64,000 bases of DNA from Candidatus Omnitrophota bacterium (GTDB taxonomy: Bacteria; Omnitrophota; Gorgyraeia; Zapsychrales; Fredricksoniimonadaceae), in NCBI GenBank assembly GCA_021731625.1, contig JAKFXC010000060.1, positions 794 to 64,793 on the forward strand, given 5' to 3'. The notes beneath the pieces are model-generated. The model did no database searches. It saw nothing but the letters and a program-made list of their open reading frames with translations, and was not told the origin of the DNA. Every line of letters begins with the position of its first letter. The first letter of the stretch is position 1. Made by a program: the position numbers and the translations under genes. Positions 47,600 to 55,217 of the stretch are shown one piece after another.

Positions 47600-47913
47600 G
47601 AGAGATCAACATTTACGAAAAGATCGGCAATAAGGATTTCGCCGAGAATAAAGATATTGGCAAAGACATTCGCCTAGAAGAGATCATGCCCGAATTAGAG
47701 AAAAACAATGTGGTTATCTTAAATTTCGATAAAATAGACCGGGCATCACAATCTTTTATTCATTCGCTCATCAGCGATCCAATCCGACAATACGGGGACA
47801 ATGTTTTAGACATAATGTTATTCAAAAACTGTAATGATAGAGTTAAGGAAATGATTAAGATCGTTTTAGGTTATTTGCAGGATGCCATTGACAATAAGGA
47901 TGGCTTGTCGTAG
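47596..47913 (+). CDS. DUF4325-like (STAS-fold, anti-sigma-antagonist-like) small protein
   Basis: 105 aa, IYEKIGNKDFAENKDIGKDIRLEEIMPELEKNNVVILNFDKIDRASQSFIHSLISDPIRQYGDNVLDIMLFKNCNDRVKEMIKIVL. ATGA overlap with the upstream GHKL gene. Confidence 0.6.
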   Translation: MREINIYEKIGNKDFAENKDIGKDIRLEEIMPELEKNNVVILNFDKIDRASQSFIHSLISDPIRQYGDNVLDIMLFKNCNDRVKEMIKIVLGYLQDAIDNKDGLS

Positions 47914-48001
47914 TTCATAAGATGCCTATAAGAGGTTCAGTCTTTAGCCAGCTGTGAAACTCGTCCCAGACGGGACATCCAAAATAAGGTGCGAATTGCG
48001 C

Positions 48002-48547
48002 ATGAACCCCATAATACGCAGCGTAAGTATAGGCGCGTTGATGCTCATACTGTATTTTTATGAAGCTCAAATCCTTCACAGTGCGGATTTTGCCGATACC
48101 ATTCGCCGCGAGGCCCAAAAAATGTCTGAGGCTATGCGGAAAGGCGATTTTAACACCCTCATAGATTACGCTCTGCCAAAGGTCGTTCATATGGTCGGGA
48201 AAGATAAAGCCCTCGCACAAATGAGGCAGATGGACGCACAGATGAAGAAAGAGGGGTTCTTTTACGATTCTGCGACGATCGGCACGCCCGGCCAAGTCAG
48301 CGACATCAACGGAAAACTTTACGTCCTTATTCCAGAGACGGTCAAAATCAAGGCTCCCGGGGGCATGATCACAAAAGAAAGCCATTTGATGGCCATATCC
48401 GAGGACAAGGGAAAGCGCTGGTATTTTGTAGATACCGCCGGATTGGTGAATGAAGAAGTCTTCAAGGACACTCTCCCCGACGTCGTGGGAAGAATCGAAA
48501 TCCCAACACCCAAGCAGACAACTTTTACTCCCGACCCAAAGAAGTAA
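48002..48547 (+). CDS. Secreted hypothetical protein
   Basis: Start MNPIIRSVSIGALMLILYFYEAQI (signal peptide). No recognisable domain. The overlapping minus-strand ORF (47915-48385) is judged spurious. Confidence 0.5.
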   Translation: MNPIIRSVSIGALMLILYFYEAQILHSADFADTIRREAQKMSEAMRKGDFNTLIDYALPKVVHMVGKDKALAQMRQMDAQMKKEGFFYDSATIGTPGQVSDINGKLYVLIPETVKIKAPGGMITKESHLMAISEDKGKRWYFVDTAGLVNEEVFKDTLPDVVGRIEIPTPKQTTFTPDPKK

Positions 48548-48674
48548 TCAAAGAGCGCCGCAGGCATTTTCCGGAATACAACTAAATAGGATATAAGCAG
48601 TTACAGAATGATATAAAAAGAAACAAAAATCACTACTCAGTCTAGTACATTATGATATATAATGATACATAGTT

Positions 48675-48854
48675 ATGAGTAAGTTATTGCGCAAATTAGA
48701 GGACTATAGATTGGAAAATAAGATATCTCAGAGTAAACTTGCTGAGATGCTTGGGGTTACGTTTGTCACCGTCAACCGCTGGTTTAATAAAAAATTTGAG
48801 CCCAACCAGATCCAACGCCACCACATCAAGAAGCTGATCAAAAGCGAATCCTAG
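48675..48854 (+). CDS. Small XRE-family HTH transcriptional regulator (59 aa)
   Basis: MSKLLRKLEDYRLENKISQSKLAEMLGVTFVTVNRWFNKKFEPNQIQRHHIKKLIKSES with the canonical HTH_XRE core SQSKLAEMLGVTFVTVNRW. Below the ORF-track cutoff. Confidence 0.5.
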   Translation: MSKLLRKLEDYRLENKISQSKLAEMLGVTFVTVNRWFNKKFEPNQIQRHHIKKLIKSES

Positions 48855-48941
48855 CAAGCCCTCATAAGCCAAATCCCTGGACTCAAAAATAAACTTGACA
48901 TGTCGACCTTCTCATGGTACCTTTGACAGCAAGAGGTTGAT

Positions 48942-49940
48942 ATGTCAACTAAATCGCAAAGGGAACTTTTTAGGATCTTCAAGCGGATAGCCACGACCGC
49001 GTTTATTGCCTTTGGCGCCGTTATAGCCACCACTTACGGCTGGAGGTCTCCGGCAAACCAGGGTTCCTATTTTAAGGACCAACCTGCGTTGGCTCAAAAA
49101 CTGGCAGCACACGTGCGTGTTTTAAGCCAGCACATTGGAACCAGGAACTACGCCCATTATGAGAATTTGCAGAAGGCCGCGGATTATGTAAAGGAAGAGT
49201 TTGAGGCAAGGGGCTATAAAATCCAAGAACAGGCCTATACGATCGATGGGACCACGTATAAAAATATCATAGTCAAAACCGGGGAGAGCCCAACTGGCGA
49301 GTACATTGTGGTGGGCGCCCATTACGACTCCTGCTTTAACCCCGGCGCGGATGATAATGCCAGTGGGGTGGCGGGATTGCTTGAGTTGGCGCGGATGTTG
49401 AAGGCAGAACATCTAGAAACACCGGTTATGCTGGCCGCTTTTGTTAACGAAGAGCCGCCTTTCTTTATGACGGACAATATGGGAAGCCTGGTATTTGCCA
49501 AGAAGTTGTCACAAGAAGGCATCAAAGTAAAAGGCGCCATCATCCTAGAGATGCTTGGGTTTTATTCAGATCAGCGGTTCTCCCAAAAATACCCTCCCTT
49601 GTTCGGTCCGTTTTACCCCAATCAAGCCAATTTCATCGCCCTGGTCGGCAATTTTAAGTCCAAAAAGCTGGTGGATTTTATCCATAGGGATTTTACCAAA
49701 AACGAATATTTTCCGATGGAGGCCGTCGCCTCACCTGAATTTGTCCCGGGAGTCAATTTTTCCGACCATTGGTCATTCTGGCAGCTGGGGTACCCGGCGG
49801 TGATGGTGACCGACACGGCGTATTTGCGCAGCAAACATTACCATCAAATGAGCGACACCGCTGAGACCTTAGACTATGAAAAAATGGCCAAGGTGATTTT
49901 TGGCCTCAATAGAACTATTGCCGCGCTCGCGCAACAATAA
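48942..49940 (+). CDS. M28-family zinc aminopeptidase
   Basis: VVGAHYDSC...ADDNASGVAGLLELAR...NEEPPFF...SDHWSFWQLGYPA metal-ligand pattern of the M28 family. Confidence 0.8.
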   Translation: MSTKSQRELFRIFKRIATTAFIAFGAVIATTYGWRSPANQGSYFKDQPALAQKLAAHVRVLSQHIGTRNYAHYENLQKAADYVKEEFEARGYKIQEQAYTIDGTTYKNIIVKTGESPTGEYIVVGAHYDSCFNPGADDNASGVAGLLELARMLKAEHLETPVMLAAFVNEEPPFFMTDNMGSLVFAKKLSQEGIKVKGAIILEMLGFYSDQRFSQKYPPLFGPFYPNQANFIALVGNFKSKKLVDFIHRDFTKNEYFPMEAVASPEFVPGVNFSDHWSFWQLGYPAVMVTDTAYLRSKHYHQMSDTAETLDYEKMAKVIFGLNRTIAALAQQ

Positions 49941-49951
49941 ACGGAGTAAAC

Positions 49952-50443
49952 ATGGATGCTTTGAAACCATTTGGGATGGACATCGGCAAGGGCAATATCA
50001 ACGAGGAAGTGGTGTACTTGCTGGCGCTCATTTACAGCTATCTCTTCGACGACATGTCCGGCTATTTGAGCAAATCTCAACTGACGCCGGCAAAATTCAA
50101 TGTGCTCATGATCCTTAAACACCACGGCGGAAAAGCAGGCATGCGCCAAGGCGATTTAAGCCAGCGCCTTTTGGTGAGCACTTCGAATATGAGCCGGGTC
50201 TTAGAAAAATTGCAGAGGGAAGGCTTGATCACTTTAGGCGGCACCGCAACCGATCGTCGCATCAAATTGATACGCATCACACCGGCGGCCACCAAGTTAT
50301 TGGATAAAGTCTGGCCTGGCTATACCCAGCGGCTCAAAGACTTAACGCAAGCACTGCCGGAGGACAAGAAGAGGGAATTATCTGGGATTCTCGTGCAATG
50401 GATAGGCTTTTTCACCCAAAAAGGAGGGGCGCATGCCCGCTAA
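49952..50443 (+). CDS. MarR-family transcriptional regulator
   Basis: Winged-helix region GMRQGDLSQRLLVSTSNMSRVLEKLQREGLITL...DRRIKLIRITPAATKL. Confidence 0.8.
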   Translation: MDALKPFGMDIGKGNINEEVVYLLALIYSYLFDDMSGYLSKSQLTPAKFNVLMILKHHGGKAGMRQGDLSQRLLVSTSNMSRVLEKLQREGLITLGGTATDRRIKLIRITPAATKLLDKVWPGYTQRLKDLTQALPEDKKRELSGILVQWIGFFTQKGGAHAR

Positions 50444-51755
50444 AAAATCGGTGCAATGGCTTTACCAGGAACTACCCGAACTCGTCAGCAAAGGCGTTCT
50501 TTCGGAAACGGCTGCCGACAAGCTTCGGGAACATTACGGAGACATCAAAACGGCGGACAAAAAGTGGTTTGTGATTGTACTGTGTGGGGTGTTAGGCGCC
50601 TTATTTATAGGGTTAGGGATCATTCTTCTGGTCGGCCATAACTGGGAACAGTGGTCTCGGCCGACGAGGACGGTGCTTTCCATTTTGCCGCTGATCCTGG
50701 CGCAGGGTCTGGCTCTTTGGGTTCTGTGGAAGCGGCCGTTGTCCGACGCTCTCAAAGAGAGCACGGCCACTTTTTTAACCCTTATGGTGGGCGCCTCCAT
50801 GGCCCTCATCAGCCAAACGTACAACATCACCTGGGATACCACGGACTTTATCTTGTCATGGATGCTGCTTATTGTTCCCTTGGTTTATCTTATGCAGGCT
50901 AGCATCCCGGCAGCTATTTACGTCGGGGGTATTGCGACCTGGGCGGTTAAGTCAAGCTCTTTTTGGGACCCTTCCGGGCAGGGCATGTTGTTTTGGCCGC
51001 TCTTAGGCGTTGTGGTGCCGCATTTTGTCTGGGCTGTGCAACAGGAAAAATACGCGATCCGGTCTTCGCTCCTGACCATGGTTATGGCCATCAGCATTGC
51101 TATTGAGGCAGGCTTTACTTTAGGCAGGGCTTGGCCGGGAGGTTGGATTATCATGTATTCCAGTCTCTTCACGTTATTTTATTTGATTGGGACCTGGGAG
51201 TTTAAGAAAGTGACCACCGCCTGGCAGCGGGAGTTGCGGGTTTTCGGCGGCCTGGCAATTTTTGTCATGATGTTTATGCTCACGTTTCGATTCCCCTGGC
51301 AGAGTGTCGGCCAGTATGGTTACTATACGCATCAGAATGTGCCGCAGGGGCAGAATATAGCGGACTATATTTTGGCCGTGTTAATGATTGGCGCCGCCCT
51401 GCTCATGAGCTATGCCTACGCCCGACGCCGGGGTTTGATGTCAGCCACATTTGTAGGTTTGCCTGTGGTGACAATTTTTGCATATATGTTTGCCACTGTG
51501 TCCGTCGATTACGCGTTATTTCTCTGCAATGTGTTTTTATTTACGGCCAGCGTGGCCCGCATCTTAAGTGGAATTAAGAGCTATAACTTGGGCGTCATCA
51601 ATACCGGCATGGTGATGTTGGCTGCCCTCATCCTTGCCAGGTTTTTTGACAGCGAAGTGAGTTTTATGGTCAAGGGGCTGGTGTTTATCCTCGTGGGCTT
51701 AGGCTTTCTATTCACCAATGTCATGGTGCTTCGCCGGAAAAGGGGGAAGGCATGA
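50433..51755 (+). CDS. DUF2157-like polytopic membrane protein
   Basis: N-terminal soluble region then about 10 TM helices. Paired with the GDYXXLXY protein downstream, as commonly seen. Confidence 0.6.
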   Translation: MPAKKSVQWLYQELPELVSKGVLSETAADKLREHYGDIKTADKKWFVIVLCGVLGALFIGLGIILLVGHNWEQWSRPTRTVLSILPLILAQGLALWVLWKRPLSDALKESTATFLTLMVGASMALISQTYNITWDTTDFILSWMLLIVPLVYLMQASIPAAIYVGGIATWAVKSSSFWDPSGQGMLFWPLLGVVVPHFVWAVQQEKYAIRSSLLTMVMAISIAIEAGFTLGRAWPGGWIIMYSSLFTLFYLIGTWEFKKVTTAWQRELRVFGGLAIFVMMFMLTFRFPWQSVGQYGYYTHQNVPQGQNIADYILAVLMIGAALLMSYAYARRRGLMSATFVGLPVVTIFAYMFATVSVDYALFLCNVFLFTASVARILSGIKSYNLGVINTGMVMLAALILARFFDSEVSFMVKGLVFILVGLGFLFTNVMVLRRKRGKA

Positions 51756-52297
51756 ACAAAAAAATCTTAAGTTTATTTGCCATTTTAGCCATTGTTCAAC
51801 TCGCGGTGCCAATGTCCATGATCTTAAAAAGGGAACTGGTATTAAAAGAAGGCCAGTTGTTTTGGTTTAAAACGGCGCCGGTGGATCCCTATGATGCTTT
51901 TCGCGGGCGATACGTGGCTTTGGGCATTGAGGCAAATCGTGCGCCCACCCCGAGCGGAGTCAATTTGCGGTTTGGCCAAAAAGTGTACGCCCTGCTTGCC
52001 GTCGATGAACATGGCCTGGCAAAAATTACCCAAGTGACCATCCAAAAGCCCAACGGCCGGTCTTATATAACGGCAAAGGTGGGGTATGTTTCCGGCAATG
52101 AGGTTATCCTGCAATTGCCCCTGGACCGCTATTATATGGAAGAAAAGGCTGCTCCTCAGGCCGAGCAGCTCTATAGAGAACGCAGCAGGCGCGGCGCTCA
52201 AGATGCTCGGTTGGCCGTCAAAGTTAAAGACGGCATCGTCGTCATTGAAGGTCTGTACGTGGGGGGCGAAAGAATCGAAAAAATGTTGAAGTCATAG
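51752..52297 (+). CDS. GDYXXLXY-domain protein
   Basis: Signal/TM then VDPYDAFRGRYVAL core motif. Confidence 0.65.
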   Translation: MNKKILSLFAILAIVQLAVPMSMILKRELVLKEGQLFWFKTAPVDPYDAFRGRYVALGIEANRAPTPSGVNLRFGQKVYALLAVDEHGLAKITQVTIQKPNGRSYITAKVGYVSGNEVILQLPLDRYYMEEKAAPQAEQLYRERSRRGAQDARLAVKVKDGIVVIEGLYVGGERIEKMLKS

Positions 52298-52319
52298 TTG
52301 GCATCAAAGGAGAGTAAGA

Positions 52320-53027
52320 ATGATGAAATCTATTCCGAATTATTGTGGAAAAATACTCATCTTAACCTGCTTTGTCTTATCCAGCCCGACGTGGGGAGCA
52401 GCTCCGTCTAACACTTCGGAAGCCGGACAAAAATTTGACCGTATGGAGTTTGTTCTCTTTTATAATGCCAATCATTTGCCCAAGGGAATGTCCACCTACA
52501 AGGTCGATCGCGATCAAAAAAAAGTGCAGTATTTTGACGCGGATGGTCACCTGCGGGAGGAACGTGTCCTGGATATGCAAAAGAACATAGTATCAAAAAA
52601 ATTTAATCCACAAGGGGATCTTGTCAGCGAGACTGTTGTTACAGAACAAGACGTGAATCGTTCCGGGCAGGAGTCCCAGAAATACGGCAAGGAGGTCGTG
52701 GAACCAAAAGTCCAAGCGCTCATTCAAAAGCTTGCCCAGGCTGCGGAAAATTATGCCAAGAAGCATAGCGGGCAGTATCCCGTTAACATGACGGATTTAA
52801 CAAAATCAGCGCCTGCTTATCTAGACACATGTGAGTGCGATCAGAATAAGGACATGTATTACATTCGCTGCAACTTGAAAGAAGATGGATACACATTCAT
52901 AGCACACTCGATTTGGTCCCATAAAGAATCATTTGTCATTTCTACAGGCGGACAATTGCAGACGAAGAAACCGGGAGAACTCGGGCCCGGACTTCCATAT
53001 ATCAAATCGGAGTCGCCTTGCCAATGA
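52320..53027 (+). CDS. Secreted hypothetical protein
   Basis: Signal peptide (ILILTCFVLSSPTWGAAP). No recognisable domain. Confidence 0.5.
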   Translation: MMKSIPNYCGKILILTCFVLSSPTWGAAPSNTSEAGQKFDRMEFVLFYNANHLPKGMSTYKVDRDQKKVQYFDADGHLREERVLDMQKNIVSKKFNPQGDLVSETVVTEQDVNRSGQESQKYGKEVVEPKVQALIQKLAQAAENYAKKHSGQYPVNMTDLTKSAPAYLDTCECDQNKDMYYIRCNLKEDGYTFIAHSIWSHKESFVISTGGQLQTKKPGELGPGLPYIKSESPCQ

Positions 53028-53199
53028 ACGCGGCAGAACAAATATAATTTGACAAATATAGGGTGATGAGGCATACTATGGGCGTAGTAAATATAGCAGA
53101 AGCACCGTAAAGCCGTAAGGCGAGAAGGTTTAAATGCCTTGCGGTTTTTATTTTGCCGTTATTTACTCAAAATTCACAGGAAAAGGAGGTAGTAAAGTA

Positions 53200-53400
53200 A
53201 TGGCAAAAGGAACAGTAAAATGGTTCAGCGACCAAAAAGGTTTTGGCTTCATTACTCCAGAGTCAGGCAAAGATGTGTTCGTTCACCACAGCGCAATTCA
53301 AGGTGAAGGTTACAAATCGTTAGCCGAAGGTCAGGCGGTTGAGTTCGACATCACCACCGGCCCCAAAGGAGAACAAGCCCAAAACGTGGTTAAGCTGTAA
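53200..53400 (+). CDS. cspA: Cold-shock protein (CspA family)
   Basis: [51 protein letters not shown] with RNP1/RNP2 motifs. AAGGAGG RBS. The ORF-track start at 53134 is too far upstream. Confidence 0.9.
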   Translation: MAKGTVKWFSDQKGFGFITPESGKDVFVHHSAIQGEGYKSLAEGQAVEFDITTGPKGEQAQNVVKL

Positions 53401-53442
53401 ACTAAGAAAATCACGGTCCTACTAACGGGCCTTTTCTTGATA

Positions 53443-53477
53443 ACCCCTGCGAGCAACACCGCAGGGGTTATTTTTTG
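53443..53477 (+). terminator. Rho-independent terminator after cspA
   Basis: AACCCCTGCG-AGCAACAC-CGCAGGGGTT followed by ATTTTTTG. Confidence 0.7.
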
Positions 53478-53658
53478 GGGACTTAATGCTATTTTAATCT
53501 TTCTTTCATAAATGATCTGGTACAATTTTGAACATGCGACCGAATAATATTGAGGGGAAAGGCCGTTGGGTCGCAGTTTTATGGCTGCTAGGGGTCCCCT
53601 TGCCGATCCTATTGCTCGTCTTTTTCTTACGCGGATGTCAATAACCCCGAGGTAGATC

Positions 53659-54024
53659 ATGTCGAATTTAAGCCGCATCATTATTATCAAAAATTCCACC
53701 CAAACCGTGTTTAAGCTCTTTGATCTAGGGGTACTCCCTAGTTTCATCAAAAATACTTTGGCGCAGGACCGGCAATGGAACACCGAAATCGTGGAAGTTC
53801 AAAGGAATCGGCGCATCCGTTGGCACAGCAGCAGCGGTGAGATCGAAACTAAGGGTCAAGTGATTTTAAATGCCCTGGATCATGACCGCACGGAGCTTGT
53901 GTTTAAATTGGAATCCACAGCGGATCCTGCCCACCAAAAATTGGAGGAAGATTTAAAGAGATTTAAGGAAATCGCCGAGAACTCTGAGATATTTTCTTCT
54001 GCAATTGTGCCTCATCTGTTATAA
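53659..54024 (+). CDS. Hypothetical protein, possibly SRPBCC/START-like
   Basis: 121-aa ORF with only weak similarity to the cyclase/dehydrase fold. Confidence 0.35.
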   Translation: MSNLSRIIIIKNSTQTVFKLFDLGVLPSFIKNTLAQDRQWNTEIVEVQRNRRIRWHSSSGEIETKGQVILNALDHDRTELVFKLESTADPAHQKLEEDLKRFKEIAENSEIFSSAIVPHLL

Positions 54025-54071
54025 TCCCATCCGGATAAAATCAGTTTTAATCTAGAACAAGGAGTGAACAC

Positions 54072-54770
54072 ATGCGCATAATGAGCCCTTTTGTTATGGT
54101 GTGCCTTTGGTCATCCGAGGCCTTCGCCGCGACCGTCGACCCCAGTGGCACGGAGATGACGCTTTGGCAGACCCTGGTGGCCGGCGGCATGGTCATGATT
54201 GTTATCGGGATCTTGTCGATCATTGCCGGGGCCATCATCATTTATGATTTTTGGAACTTGAAAGTAGAAAAGCTGACGCCCAGGCGATTCTTTCAGGAGG
54301 TAACCCGCAAACTGGAAGAGAAAAATTTGAAAGATGCCCGGGTCATGTGCCTCAAGGAAAACAACAACATCATTGCCCGCATCGTTTTGGCCGGTTTGGA
54401 TAAACTCAAAAAAGGGCAAACTGATGTGAAAGAGTCCGTCGAGCACCAGGCCCGCATCGAGATCGGCAACCTTTGGCAGAATTTGAGTTACCTCTCCGAC
54501 ATTGTCGCGGTGGCCCCGCTTTTGGGGTTGCTGGGAACAGTGCTGGGGATGATCCAGGCCTTCCATGCGGTGCCGCTGCAGTCGGCTGCTGTCAAGACCA
54601 CCTTGCTCGCCGCCGGTATCTCCAAAGCCATGGTCGCCACCGCGTCCAGTTTGATTGTCGCCATTCCAGTGCTTATGGCGTATTCCTATTTTCGCGGCCG
54701 GGTGCAGCAATTGACCACGGTGATTGAAATGTACACCACGGAAACCATCCGGATGTTGGAAAAATTATAA
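54072..54770 (+). CDS. exbB: MotA/TolQ/ExbB-family proton channel
   Basis: Three TM helices and the C-terminal conserved block LLAAGISKAMVATASSLIVAIPVLMAYSYF. Confidence 0.85.
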   Translation: MRIMSPFVMVCLWSSEAFAATVDPSGTEMTLWQTLVAGGMVMIVIGILSIIAGAIIIYDFWNLKVEKLTPRRFFQEVTRKLEEKNLKDARVMCLKENNNIIARIVLAGLDKLKKGQTDVKESVEHQARIEIGNLWQNLSYLSDIVAVAPLLGLLGTVLGMIQAFHAVPLQSAAVKTTLLAAGISKAMVATASSLIVAIPVLMAYSYFRGRVQQLTTVIEMYTTETIRMLEKL

Positions 54771-54776
54771 AGATCG

Positions 54777-55217
54777 ATGGGGGGCCGCATGTTTAAATTC
54801 GACGTTTCGGAGTATCAAAAAATAAGACCGCAGATCCAGCTGGCGCCGATGGTGGACATCGCTTTTTGGGCGCTGATGTTTTTTATGATCATTGCGGTGT
54901 TTAACCAAATGGAATCGCAAGTCAACATCACCGTGCCCAAATCAAACGCCGCCACGGAATCCTTGCCCAGCGCCGGGAAATTGATCATCAATGTCACCAG
55001 GGAAGGGCGGTTTATTTTAAACCAGCAAGAGCTCGATGGCAGCGCTCTGGAGGCCATGCTCGCCAAGGTGTACAAATTGTTCCCCAACCAGCAGGTCATT
55101 ATCCGGGCCGACGCCATGGCGTACCATAAATACATCATTCAGGCCTTGGATGCCTGCATGCGGGCGAATATCACCGATGTGGCATTTTCGACCGTTAAAG
55201 GAGATGACCGAGAATGA
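54777..55217 (+). CDS. exbD: ExbD/TolR-family protein
   Basis: Single TM (MVDIAFWALMFFMIIAVF) and periplasmic ExbD domain. Immediately follows exbB. Confidence 0.85.
   Translation: MGGRMFKFDVSEYQKIRPQIQLAPMVDIAFWALMFFMIIAVFNQMESQVNITVPKSNAATESLPSAGKLIINVTREGRFILNQQELDGSALEAMLAKVYKLFPNQQVIIRADAMAYHKYIIQALDACMRANITDVAFSTVKGDDRE

Noticed and set aside
47915-48385. Minus-strand 156-aa ORF
   Set aside because: Overlaps the plus-strand secreted-protein gene (48002-48547), which has a signal peptide and start context. The minus ORF has neither.
48846-48856. 11-nt match to the tRNA-Gln T-arm as a definite second attR
   Set aside because: Too short and inside a coding sequence to call as a feature. 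Reported only as a low-confidence finding.
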